This document shows, piece by piece, positions 1-12,088 of a DNA stretch of 64,000 bases; position 1 is the first letter of the stretch, and each line of letters opens with the position of its first letter. The DNA comes from Octopus vulgaris (Eukaryota), in assembly GCA_951406725.2 (NCBI GenBank), contig OX597823.1, positions 67,456,001-67,520,000 on the forward strand, read 5' to 3'. The translations under genes were made by a program, and so were the position numbers. The notes beneath the pieces were generated by a model. That model did not search any database. It was not told the origin of the DNA and saw nothing but the letters and a program-made list of their open reading frames with translations.

Positions 1-146
1 TACCAGAGTGAACTACATAAATTATTCAACAGACAAACAAAAATTTTTTAAAAAAAAACTTTAGTTTATATTATTTTTAAATGTTTGACAAATTGAATGG
101 GATGAATAATATTTCGGAGCTATATACATTAACACCCTATTGTATA

Positions 147-402
147 GTTGTTTGTTCCTTCTCGAGCCACGCCTGGCTCATAAGGGCCGGTTTCCCGGTT
201 TCCTTGGCGTATAGGTTCCCCACCTGGACGGGAAATAGTGAGAGAAAGTTGTGGCGAAAGAGTCAGCAGAAGTTCGTCATTACATTCTGCCGAAGCCGTG
301 TGGATCTTAGGTGCTTCGCTCATAAACACACACATCGCCCGGTCTGAGATTCGAACCCGTGATCCCTCGACCGCTGCTCTAACCACTAGGCCATGTGCCT
401 CC
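147..402 (-). mobile_element. tRNA-derived SINE, family A (octopus type), internally shortened
   Basis: Minus strand starts GGAGGCACATGGCCTAGTGGTTAGAGCAG (A box), has GGTTCGAATC (B box) and ends GGCTCGAGAAGGAACAAACAAC. Aligns with the copy at 55706-55999. Confidence 0.85.
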
Positions 403-619
403 ACACTCTATTGTATAGAATTACATTAAAGTATTCTGTTAGCTATATAACAACATTGACGTAATCTACATAGTATACATATTGAGCTGTATAGTACAAT
501 TCTTCATGTGTCCCACGAGTCTGTCAGGTTTTCACATACAAATCCTGCTTAATTATTGGTCTGCTTATTTAACATCCAGTATATAGATACATCATATTTC
601 AGTTATTAACTGAATCAAT

Positions 620-1035
620 ATGGCTGGCATAATCAGTAGAGCAGCGTACAAATAATTGCCTTCTGGTATTTACGTTATTTTATGTTCTTAGTTCAATTCC
701 GCCTAAATCGACTTTGCCTTTCATCCACCCAAAATTGAATAAGTACCAGTACAATACTGCCGGTAATTTAATCAACTCTATTCTTCTCCAAAATGTGTAG
801 CATCATACCTAACATAGCAAGCCCGATAGGTTGGTTAAATTGCTAGAACGTCAGATAATTTTCTTTTTATGTATTTAGTTCCGGATCATGACGTACTGAG
901 CTCAAATCTCGTTGAGGTCAACTTTGTTTCCAACCTTTTGGAGTCGACAAAAATATAGCACTTAACACGTACTGGGATGATTTTAATTGATTAACGCATT
1001 CCTCTTAATTTCTGGACTTGTACCTATGTTAGAAA
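620..1035 (+). mobile_element. Two decayed head-to-tail family B SINE copies
   Basis: Diverged GTTCAATTCCGCC..GACTTTGCCTTTCATCC..AAGTACCAG core occurs twice; same motif as 7201-7600. Confidence 0.65.
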
Positions 1036-2154
1036 CCTTTGTCATTATTAACGCTGAATAACGGGCCGTTGGGATTTCCTTTTATCACATTCCAGATGAT
1101 AAAACTCTCTTAAGTTGCTACCAAATATTCTCCACGTACAGATAGAATTTTCTTTCTCTCAAGATATGAAGGCATACTGAAAAGTGATGTAGCGTATATA
1201 TTCACCTCGGTACTGCTTCATATTCTTGTCATCACCATTTCAGCAGCATTTCTACGGCAGAGACAACTACACTTTCACTGGTTTAACTTATAGAAATCAA
1301 TTTAAATCCAAAGATGGGTACAAGCCACTGTAATAATTAGGAGGTAGATTAATGTAATTACTAGATGTTTTTTAAATCGATTTTAAAATAAAAATCAAGT
1401 AAATGTCCTTTAAGCTTTAATTGACCCCTTGAGAGTTTGTACTTAGTACCCATTTCATTAAGAGAAACGGATGCGTAAAAAATATCATTTACAATTAGAC
1501 GCTTTGTATGATTCAGCATATAGTGATGAGGGTTTTTTTTTAAATATAAGCTGAAAGATGATTACAGCTCGGGGTCAATGTGGTACCAGCTAGTTTTTCT
1601 GCTTTCTCCAACATGAAAATAAACATATTCTTGTCACATTGTTTTCTTAGAATTGATTATTCGGGTAAACTACGGTATTCTCCAACATACGAGTCAAATT
1701 TTTCGAATCCAAATTTACAGACAACATAGTTCGACTTATACACCGAGACAACTTTGAAGAACCAAAAATTCCATGTGAAATGCAGCAGGATTTTGAAAGA
1801 AAATGACAACGTTTGATTGTTTGCAGTACATGTGTGTACTATATATTATGTCGATTTGTACGCCAGAAAATTCGGAATAATATTGTGATAGAGATTGAGA
1901 CACTGATAGTTTTTGTTGCACTATTCATTTACTAAAACTAAAACAGTTATCTAAAATGTTACGCCCAAGAAAACTTACATTTTTTTTTTACCAAATGTAG
2001 TATTCTTCCTTAATCCTTCATATTAATATGAAATATTTGAGGCCACTGCAAAAATTAAACTTTTGCTCTATTTTTACTACTATACTTTATTGCTCGATAA
2101 CCGAGGACAGATATAAAAAAAAAAAAAAATTGAAAGTAACATCATATATTTAAT

Positions 2155-2228
2155 AAAACGGGCGGTCCGAATGAAATATGGCCGCGGGCCAAATGAAATA
2201 TGGCCGCGGGACGCATTTTGCCAACTCT
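2155..2228. mobile_element. hAT-type MITE end remnant
   Basis: Tandem AATGAAATATGGCCGCGGG x2 followed by GCATTTTGCCAACTCT, resembling hAT subterminal GGCCCGCGGG motifs. Confidence 0.45.
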
Positions 2229-3455
2229 TACGGCCATTGAATTTTTTAAAAATTAACACAGGCAGTCCTGAATGAGAATGACTATTATTTGTTGTGTCAT
2301 TCTCTTTTAGAGACTGCAGGAGTATATTGTGGGGGAGCTTTAACTTCCATTTCTAGCATGTGAAGTGACTGGGCACTGCAACTGCCAGTAAAATGGAGAG
2401 GAAATGGAATGAAACACTGAGTCGAAAATCACGAAGCCATGAAGCCACGATTCGCAATGCCGTTCGTTTTCCTATGAATTCTAAATCAACACCACGCCCC
2501 AAAATAGTCTTGACATGAATGAAGTAAACCAAATCTTATGACTTACCATTCTATTTTACAGTATTTCCCTCCAACTTAATCGAACTGAATAACGTATTGA
2601 TATCAAATCACAATGTTACGTTTCTCTTGGTGTACAAAAGTTAATAATAAATAGTATAAACAACAAAAGACAATCATGTTTTTTAAAAGAAAAAAATATA
2701 TGGAAAAATACACAAATAAACAGAATACAATTATTTGTTGCTTTCTAAGTTTAAATACCATTTATAACTTTCTTTCAAAGCACTGGCAGCCATAATAATT
2801 CATGTAAGTTCTCGTTTTCGTATTCCACAACAGAATGAATTAGTATTGCTTTTTGTTTTTTATTTGTTTATTTTATTTCCCATTCTATAGCGTGCAATGT
2901 CAAACCCATTGAAACAAATGTCATTTGAAAACAGTTGAATACCTGAAATAAGATGCAAGCTACTTGTCTGATATCAGATACAACACACAACTATCTATCT
3001 TTTCATTTTGACATGACAAAAGCTCTTTGTCTGGAAAGATTTAGTAGTGGAGAAATGTTCTGAGTAGTAGCCACAGAAATCAATGTCACCTTCTTTGCTG
3101 CTGCTACTATTCTACATCCTCATCTCCAGTTCCAGCTGCTTCATATTCAACTGACCTCACTGAAATATATCGTAAAACAGAGGGATTTCAGTGGGAGCTT
3201 TTTTGTTTGTTTGTTTTTTCTGAAACACAAAATGGACAGTAGGTAAGTAACTAATACATTTGAAGTTATTATATGAAGGAAGAGTGAAAGTTTATAAATG
3301 AAAAACGCTTTTCTCTACGACACGCCTGTTGGTGGTTCCCATTGAACAAGTCCAGTATATCTTTAGTTACAGTTCTCATTGAAATTTCAAAATCAATTCA
3401 TTCGCTCAATGCCGTCTGTTTGTGTATTTTACTAAGGATAATAGGTCTCCTTTCA

Positions 3456-3525
3456 GAGTAGTAGTAGTAGTTGCAGCAGCAGCAGTAGTAGTAGTAGTAA
3501 TAGTAGTAGTAGTAGCAGCAGCAGC

Positions 3526-3579
<54 letters not shown>

Positions 3580-3635
3580 GGGGAGGTAGCGGCGACAGCA
3601 GCGATAGCTGCACCTTCAGCACCAGCACCAGCAAG
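3456..3635. repeat. Compound (TAG)n/(CAG)n/(TGG)n microsatellite
   Basis: Directly visible trinucleotide runs; explains the poly-Tyr/Cys ORF 3398-3739. Confidence 0.95.
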
Positions 3636-3636
3636 C

Positions 3637-3989
3637 GGAGGCGCAATGGCCCAGTGGTTAGGGCAGCGGACTCGCGGTCGGAGGATCGCGGTTTCGATTC
3701 CCAGACTGGGCGTTGTGTATGTTTATTGAGCGAAAACACCTAAAACTCCATGAGGCTCCGGCAGGGGGGGGGGGCGATCCCTATTGTACTCTTTCGCCCC
3801 AACTTTCTCTCACTCTTTCTTCCTGTTTCTTGTCCCCGACTTCCTACGCTGAGTCTAAATGCGCATTCATCCATCCGTGATTGACCTGCTTTCTCTTCTA
3901 CGGGTCTTACGAATAGCAAAGGACCACGTTTCGGACTTCTCCCATCTTGCGAGCTCTGGGACGAAGACCGTTCGCTCAACAACAACAAT
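3637..3989 (+). mobile_element. tRNA-derived SINE, family A-related head with a different 3' tail
   Basis: GGAGGCGCAATGGCCCAGTGGTTAGGGCAG A box and GTTTCGATTCC B box; shares CAACTTTCTCTCACTCTTT with family A, then diverges and ends in a (CAA)n tail. Confidence 0.8.
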
Positions 3990-4015
3990 AGCAGCAGCCG
4001 TAGCAGCAGCAGCAA

Positions 4016-4062
<47 letters not shown>

Positions 4063-5636
4063 AAAATAAAGTTACCTTATTTTTGCTTCCGCCTTTAGCC
4101 TTTAGACTTCAAAAGATCCGTGTTCAGCGCTATAAGTTACTGTGACACTAGTTCGCTTTGCAGTGATGTCACTACTGCATACAATCATGAGAGGGTCGTC
4201 TTTACGGTCATTCTACATGCTAGAGACAATAACTAAATATTCCTCAAGTGACACCCCACAGTTTTAAATACTGACGGGATACAGTAGATAATGTAGTATC
4301 AGATTATTTTAAAAGCAGCAGCAAAATGGAAGTGATATCACAGTGTGATAAAACCATGAGGTATTTATTCGGGTGCTCTGCACCATGAGTTCAAATTATA
4401 CTGAACTGAACTCTCTGACATCCTTCAAGAGTCGTATTGAGGTCAATTTGTTCTCTCTCACCATCCCTCTCTTCCCCCTCTCTCTCTTCCTCTTTCTATC
4501 CCCCTCTCTCCACTCTCTCTCAGTCGGTATTGTTGCGTTGAGAGAAAGGTCGTGGGAAACTGAATTCTTTTCTACAGCAATGAAGAAAGACCGACTGAGG
4601 GGTTAGCAATCCAACCTCACTGAAAAAAAAAACTAATTTGCTTTTGGGGTCATCTAAGTGTAAAACAAAAAATACAACATGGAACGGAGGAAAAAAATAC
4701 TTTTTAGGAGACGGGAAGCCGTGGCTGGAATGCCTTTGAACAAAAATCTGCTCTGGCTGAGATGCCCTAGAGATGTACAATAACAAAAGTGCCAACTTCA
4801 CGGTAGCCTTTACACAGTAGATACAGCAGCCAAATCGCCCTCAAACGTGTGAGATAATGCGGTTCTGTGTGTACTGAAGCAAGGAAATTGTCACAGTTGT
4901 AATGTCTTTGTTAATAAGCCTGTTACATCAAAACTTGACTTGGAGTTAAATCACAACTGGCTGACGGGATGCATATTGAAACACCGATATCACAGAATCC
5001 TTTGCTCCAGTTATGCAAGTTATGAATACATTGTCGTCGTAATAGGGAGAAGATTTTCTCTTTTGACTTACACAACAGCAACTAGCATATTTGCGTTCGA
5101 TTTTGTTGGAACACTAGGATCTAATCTTTTTCATTCGCAAAATGAGACCCCTTTAATTTTGCTCAGATTGCTTTCAATTTTGGCGTATCGATTACGATCA
5201 TCCAATTACTTTATCTCGTAAATTAAAGAATTTGATGTCATTTGGAATTAAAGTTGGGAAATTTGGGTAATTTTAGACAGCGTGGTATTAGCAGCTTGCT
5301 ACCATGACAACCGCACACTGTGTTGTGGTTCACTGTCGTCTGTGCTGCTGTTGTCTATGTTTATTCTTCATATTTGATTCTTTACACCACGAGATTCTTT
5401 TCACCTGCGTGTTTTGTTTTAATTTTTCAGTGTTAGTATTTTTACTTATATTTCATTTCATATATATTTTTGAGACTCATTGACTCAGATGGATTTATGA
5501 CTACCGTAGATTAATTCTGTTCATAAAAATTTAAACGAGGAGTATTTCTTAAACCGTTAGCTTCGCATTTCAAGAGCTTAACTAAACGTAACAGGAACTA
5601 AGAGGGATATCGTGGAACAGAGAAACTGTGGGTAAT

Positions 5637-6260
5637 GCGGTGGCAGCGGCGGCAGCAGAGGCGCCAGCGGAGGCAGCGGCGGCAGCGGCGGCAGCGGCGG
5701 CAGCGGCGGGCGGCGTCAGCGGCGGCGGTAGCGGCGGCGGCGCAGCGGCGGCTGCGGCGTTAGCGGCACCAGCGGCGGCAGCGGCGGCAGCGGCGGGCGG
5801 CAGCGTAGCGGCAGCGGCGGCAGCGAGGGAAGCGGCAGCGGCTGTAGCAGCAGCGGCGGCAGCGGCGGTAGCGGCGGCGGCGGTAGCGGCGGTAGCGGCG
5901 GTAGCGGCGGCAGCGGCGGCGGCGGTAGCGGCGGTAGTGGCGGCAGCGGCGGGCAGCGGCGGCAGCGGCGGCAGCGGCGGCAGCGGCGGCAGCGGCGGCG
6001 GCGGGCAGGCCGCAGCGGCGGCAGCGGCGGTAGCGGCGGTAGCGGCGGTAGCGGCTGTAGTAGAGCGGCGGTAGCGGCAGTAGTAGAGACGGCAGCGGCG
6101 GTAGCGAGGGAAGCGGCTGTAGCGGCTGTAGCAGCGGCGGCGGCAGCGGCGGCGGCAGCGGCGGCAGCGGCGGCAGCGGCGGCGGCGGTAGCAGCAGCGG
6201 CGGCGGCTAGCGGCGGCAGCGGCGGCGGCGGCGGCGGAGGCGGCGGCGGCGGAGGCGGCG

Positions 6261-6293
<33 letters not shown>

Positions 6294-6298
6294 GCGGA

Positions 6299-6329
<31 letters not shown>

Positions 6330-6469
6330 AGGCGGCGGCGGAGGCGGAGGCGGAGGCGGCGGCGGAGGCGGCGGCGGCGGCGGCGGCGGAGGCGGCGGCG
6401 GCGGAGGCGGCGGCGGCGGAGGCGGCGGCGGCGGCGGCGGCGGCGGCGGAGGCGGCGGCGGCGGAGGCG

Positions 6470-6502
<33 letters not shown>

Positions 6503-6647
6503 GCGGCGGCGGGAGCGGCGGTAGCGGCGGGAGCGGCGGGAGCGGCGGGAGCGGCGGGAGCGGCGGCAGCGGCGGGAGCGGCGGCAGCGGCGGGAGCGGC
6601 GGCAGCGGCAGTAGCGGCGGCAGCGGTGGTGATGGTGGTGGTGGTGG
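5637..6647. repeat. ~1 kb GC-rich compound trinucleotide array (GCG/GGC with GCA, GTA, GAG, GGA variants)
   Basis: Directly visible; almost entirely G/C in an AT-rich window. Source of the poly-Ala ORF 5628-6074. Confidence 0.95.
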
Positions 6648-7200
6648 TAAGTGAGCAGACTAGTAGTTTTTTAACAATATGTTTGATTGCAAATACTTCA
6701 GAGGAGTTTTCTGCATACTAAACAGAGATATGACAAAGTCCAACACATAATATAATTAGCTGAAAAAAATACGATCATTTGAGATCAGCCAAGCAATTAA
6801 TTGACAAACACCCCCACTAGAAATGTTTCAAATCTAAAATCAGCATGGCAAGGAAGATAACCCCAATAAAATATATTCACAACTAGAATGCTCTCCATAA
6901 ATATTAGATTATCTCTAGCTCACGTCTGGCATATTCCCCACCCCTCACCGAAATCTGAAAGATGAAAGGCAAAGTTGATCATGACTCTACGATTCCACTA
7001 ACATATGCGTTCTACTTCTTGGTATATTTCATGGATCCCGTTCATAGAAGATCAGTAGTTTGACTAAACACATTATACAAACTAGTATCATAATCTTGTA
7101 GTGATCTTAGCAGTTATACAGCTACATAAGAGAATGTTCTTTGTCCTCGAGTAATAGCGATCGTTAGTTTTATCCCATGGCATTACATAAGACAAGCATA

Positions 7201-8025
7201 AGGCGGCGAGCTGGCAGAAACGTTAGCACGCCGGGCGAAATGCGTAGCCGTATTTCGTCTGTCGTTACGTTCTTAGTTCAAATTCTGCCGAGGTCGACTT
7301 TGCCTTTCATCCTTTCGGGGTCGATTAAATAAGTACCAGTTACGCACTGGGGTTGATGTAATCGACTTAATCCGTTCGTCTGTCCTTGTTTGTCCTCTCT
7401 GTGTTTAGCCCCTTGTAGTGGTAAAGAAATAGATATTTCGTCTGCCGCTACGTTCTGAGTTCAAATTCCGCCGAGGTCGATTTTGCCTTTCATCCTTTCG
7501 GGGTCGATAAATTAAGTACCAGTTGCGTAATGGGGTCGATCAAATCAACTGGCCTCCTCCCCAAAAATTTCAGGCCTTGTGCGTATTGTAGAAAGGATTA
7601 TATAAGACAAGCATAAGATGACGAGATGACACAATCGTTAGTACTCCGGACAAAATTACAAACAGCATTTCTTCTGTCTTCGTGTTCTGAGTTCAAATTC
7701 TGCCGAGGTCGACTTTGCCGTTCATCTGTTCGGGGTCGATAAAATAAGTACCAGCTGAGCACATGCGTCGATGTAATCGACTAGTCACTCCGGAAATTCC
7801 ATGCCTTGTGCCTCTCGTAGAAATGATTATATAAGATAAGCACGTTCATATTTGTAGTTAAATCCATATACTCTGAGTTTAAAGATAATCAGGACGACTT
7901 TGCCTTTCTTTATCATCCGGAGTCGATGAAATAAATATCAGTCATGGCCTGGCATCGATCCATAATCGAGTATTACTTTCCTTTCGCACAAAAACTGACT
8001 TTGCATCAATGTAGGAAATCGATAT
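7201..8025 (+). mobile_element. Head-to-tail cluster of family B SINEs; youngest is a dimer at 7203-7601 with a 16-bp TSD
   Basis: AGGCGGCGAGCTGGCAGAAACGTTAGCACG head; core GCCGAGGTCGACTTTGCCTTTCATCCTTTCGGGGTCGAT repeated 4 times with increasing decay. ATAAGACAAGCATAAG at 7187-7202 and 7602-7617. Confidence 0.88.
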
Positions 8026-8159
8026 AATACAGTCATCGCACAAGTGACGGGACGGATAATAAAACCAAAAATGGAAGCCAAAACAGTAGAGAGCAAAAGA
8101 AGGGAAGAGAGAGAGAGAAAGAAGAGCAGAGAAGAGAAGAGAAAAGAGTCAGAAGAAAA

Positions 8160-8199
8160 GAAGAGAGAGTGAGGAGGGAAAGTAATTTACTTGTTTATT
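8160..8199 (-). terminator. Putative polyadenylation signal and downstream element
   Basis: Minus strand AATAAA (8194-8199) followed ~12 nt later by TTTCCCTCCTCACTCTCTCTTCTTTTCTTCTG. Confidence 0.4.
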
Positions 8200-8705
8200 G
8201 AGCAACAGAGTAAATAAGCAAAAATAACAAATATGTGCAACAAAATAACAGCAAATGTAAATAACAGAATATCAGAAAGATGTGGGTATTGACTGATAGA
8301 CTAAGTGATAACTTTTGGTGCCTAAACAATATTAGTTCTTATATTGCAATATTCTGGAAAATTCCAGAACAAAACAGTCATTGTTGAATCTACAGTCAGG
8401 CTGGTTAATTTATTCTTTCTTCTTGATTTTTGTTGTTGCTTGTTTGTTTGTTTGTTTGTTTTTGTTTTTTTCGGCGGGGCGTGGAGGGGGGGGCAAGTAT
8501 GGGAGATATTTCTTTGTATTTGATATTATTTTTTTTTTTGGTTTACTTGAAGGGTGTTTTTGTTGTTGTTGTTGTTGTTGTTATGCCATGGAACATTCTC
8601 AATTGTTTCTGTAACAATAAAGAATACAAGAGATTTGTTAATAATTAAAAGTCTTCTTTCGACTATCTCGTCTCTTTTTTTTTCTTTTTTTATTTTAGTC
8701 TTTTT

Positions 8706-8743
<38 letters not shown>

Positions 8744-8797
8744 TATGTCGTTCTTTCCATTCATTCAGTAGTACACAATAAAACACGAGGCGGAAAT

Positions 8798-8847
8798 TTA
8801 AAAACCAAAATATAATATAAAGCACACAAACAAAACACGGAGGAAAT
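8798..8847 (-). CDS. Putative terminal coding exon (phase-1 reading xFLRVLFVCFILYFGF*) of an unidentified gene
   Basis: Strong acceptor GTTTTTCTATTCACTTTTCCACAG, then 16 codons to TAA. Followed by ~600 nt UTR-like sequence, AATAAA at 8194-8199 and a pyrimidine-rich downstream tract. Frame is assumed. Confidence 0.4.
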
Positions 8848-8884
8848 CTGTGGAAAAGTGAATAGAAAAACCACCGAAAGCAGA

Positions 8885-8907
8885 TAACGATGATGATCAT
8901 GATGATG

Positions 8908-8968
<61 letters not shown>

Positions 8969-9000
8969 TAATAATAATGATGATGATGATGATGATGATG
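8885..9000. repeat. (AAT)n/(GAT)n microsatellite
   Basis: Directly visible. Confidence 0.95.
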
Positions 9001-9295
9001 TAAACTGTAAGATAGTTCAACAGTTTCTAATTTGTAGGCACCTTGTAATTTGACATTATTGACTAAGAGACAGTAATATTACGTTCTACTGAAAGTGTTG
9101 CACTTAAAAATATTGTTGGAGATTGGTTATTTTCGATTAGTAACTAATAAATTCTGTATGTTGCTGGTATTATATTCTGCGAGGTTTTTTTTTATGTATT
9201 TATTAAGAATTATTAACTGGATTATTTGATATTTGTTCCTCTATTGTCCACACACGCACTCACACACACAAACACACACACACATACACACACAC

Positions 9296-9351
<56 letters not shown>

Positions 9352-9556
9352 GCATAAATGCATAACCTTTTACATCTTCCCCTACCTCTATAGATTTCTC
9401 AATATTACACGTTTGGTTGAGTTTTAGAGAGGAAGGAAAGTGTTTTTTTTTATCTTTTATATAGTTTCCTTCCATAATCAATGAAAACAGGAATGATATA
9501 GCATTCCACAGCTAGCATCAGGTTAAAATGTTTCGAATTCTAGCAACAGTACTATG

Positions 9557-9706
9557 ATATTCTGTTGTGTCTGGGGAGAGTCATTTTCTTTTTGTACCTT
9601 ATAATTTAACACACTCGCAGGTAAAATAAGTGGAAATTATACCGGTGAGTGTGTTAAATTATAAAGCACAAAAAGAAAATGACTCTCCCCAGACACAACA
9701 GAATAT
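9557..9706. repeat. Near-perfect fold-back repeat, 67-bp arms, 16-nt loop
   Basis: 9557-9623 is the reverse complement of 9640-9706 with 4 mismatches. Confidence 0.92.
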
Positions 9707-9785
9707 GCTTCAACACACGAACTCATATAAAGAATCTTGCAAACCAAATCCCAAAACTAAGTACTATGATATATATAGCACTATA

Positions 9786-9839
<54 letters not shown>

Positions 9840-9963
9840 ATGTTCTGGGATACATCGTCAGTGACGTTTGAGGTCTCGTGGGTCTCGGATCTTTCAACTT
9901 CAGACCCCACGCATTGCGAGCCATCAGAAGTTGATCAAATTACATTTTGCCTCCCAACTTCAG

Positions 9964-10065
9964 TAAACTACTGGTTTGTCCACTTTGTCCATATATATGC
10001 GTGTATGTATGTGTGTATATATATAACATACACGCATATATATGGATAAAGTGGACAAACCAGTA

Positions 10066-10070
<5 letters not shown>
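9964..10070. repeat. Fold-back repeat, ~44-bp arms
   Basis: TAAACTACTGGTTTGTCCACTTTGTCCATATATATGCGTGTATG versus CATACACGCATATATATGGATAAAGTGGACAAACCAGTAATTTA. Confidence 0.88.
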
Positions 10071-10106
<36 letters not shown>

Positions 10107-10107
<1 letters not shown>

Positions 10108-10500
10108 TAGCAGTATCGCCCGGCGTTGCTCGGGTTGTAAGGGAAATAACTATATAAGCATTTTTAGAGAGTTATAGCCAAAAAATAGCAAAAAAATGCA
10201 TTAAAAATTGAAAAAAAATTAAGGTAAATTTTTTTTTAAATCGTTGACACATCGTAGATATTTTTAGAGAGTTACTTCCCTTATATAAAAGCGAAAAAAT
10301 GCATTAAAATGGAAAAGTATGATGGTAAATTTTTTTTAAATCGTAGACTCATCGTAGACGCGCGCTAATACCCAGAAAGGCTCGATATGAATCACGACTA
10401 TAAGATACCCGGTTTTGGTTAAACTGCACCGCAAAATGTGGGAGTAGTTAGGAATCTAAATCGTAGGAGACAGACACACAACTTCACTCTTATATAAAGA
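10107..10500 (-). mobile_element. Non-autonomous Helitron
   Basis: Minus strand begins TCTTTATATAAG and ends CCCGAGCAACGCCGGG hairpin + CGATACTGCTAG; inserted between A and T with no TSD. Confidence 0.88.
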
Positions 10501-11590
10501 TGCTTTTTTTTTCAGTCATAGAGTTAGATTTATGAAGGTCTTCAGTAGAAAATCCTTCGAATTCTGACTCGCTGCTTGATATAATGAAATTCGTATCCAT
10601 TTTTTGTCAGAATTACAAATTTTGAAAACACAATAGGAACAAATTTCGGGAAAAAATCTCCCATAATTTACGGAATTAAAATTACACTTCGATTTTTGTA
10701 CAAAACTGTAGTTGAAGTGTTTACGAAGTATAATACGTGTTTTCACGAATGTACTAAAGAGATTTACTCTGATATTCTCATTTAAATATGAATAGGTAAA
10801 TTCGGGCGGTTTGGTAACGAAAGGGTTAAACGGATGCATGCATTTATTAATCTCTTATTATAATAACTATATATAAGTGTCGTCTGTTTATACATAAACA
10901 CTGTTTCATACTGCAATTATATATACATATATCTATATATAATATTATGTAATAAAATATATACAGAGTAAAATAAAAACCAATTTACCTTTTCTGTATT
11001 GTTATAGCAATTCCACCGTCCGTGTGTCTTTGCAAATGTGTTGGAATGATAAGTGAGTTGTGTTTTGGCGCCTTTTTTACTAATAACAAACACACACGTG
11101 TTTGTATGTAGTTGTTTGAAACTCTCAAATATGTATGTGTATGCGTGTGTGTGAGGAATGACACACACACACTCACGCACGCACACATGTACATCAATGC
11201 TTTCGGAGTGAAATGTTAAAATATTGAGTTTTCTCGAATTTTGTCTTAATTGGTGGTAAAATTGAAAGAAATTTTTTATGGCATCACCCACTGAAGTACT
11301 CTGAAAAATCATGGGTACACTCTAATTGATGAAATTGTGTGAGGAGTAAATCGTTATGTATTTATTTGTTTCTGTTTGCTGTGTTTTTTTATTTTTTGAG
11401 TAGTGGTTTAAATACTTTCAGTTTAGTCTTCCTCAAATCACTCTGTCGCTATTTACTTTCATTTTATTCGTTGCACACTGTGTGTGTGCGTGTGCGTGTG
11501 GTGTAAACCACATTAAGAAAAGCATTTGACATACACACCAGAATGTGAGTTTTCTGTAAATTTTACTTAATTGGAGTTTAAATTTTAAAA

Positions 11591-11723
11591 ACTGGACCTG
11601 GCATGACCCGATGCATTCTACTCTTAAAAATGCTAGGTAAATTGTAATTGAAGAAATCCTATATTGTAGATTTCTATAACTTACAAAGGGAGGCAGATAA
11701 AATCTGCCTTTTATAATAAGAGA
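11591..11723 (-). mobile_element. Short non-autonomous Helitron-like element
   Basis: Minus 5' end TCTCTTATTATAAAAGGCAGATTTTATCTGCC; decayed 3' hairpin and CCAG terminus. Confidence 0.5.
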
Positions 11724-11727
11724 TATA

Positions 11728-11955
11728 CGGTTTGGTCAAAAGTCACTCAGCAATAAATCAAAATTCCATAAATACTTAATATTCAATTTAATTTATTCAT
11801 TCCAATTATGAATGTTTACAAGAAAAACTTCAGTTTGAACAATTTTTATGACGTTTCATGTTTAGATGCTTTTATTAAATTCGTTCAGTTGTTAAACAAA
11901 TAAATCTTAGAATTAAATAGTTTTGATTTACTGTCAGGTGACTTTTGCCCAACCC
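11728..11955. mobile_element. Tc1/mariner-type MITE
   Basis: TIRs GGTTTGGTCAAAAGTCAC..ATAAATCAAAA / TTTTGATTTAC..GTGACTTTTGCCCAACC, flanked by TA. Confidence 0.7.
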
Positions 11956-12022
11956 TACATACATACATACATACATACATACACATACGTACACACACAC
12001 ACAAACATATATATATATATGC

Positions 12023-12088
<66 letters not shown>

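Noticed and set aside
3083-3154. Signal-peptide-like MSPSLLLLLFYILISSSSCFIFN on the plus strand
   Set aside because: Stops after 23 codons with no in-frame splice donor.
3637-3712. tRNA gene
   Set aside because: A and B boxes are present but no proper acceptor stem or T-run terminator; continues into a SINE body and has related dispersed copies.
5628-6074. 148-aa poly-Ala/Gly ORF as a real protein
   Set aside because: Starts at GTG, is a direct read-out of the trinucleotide array, has indel-like frame switches and no non-repetitive domain.
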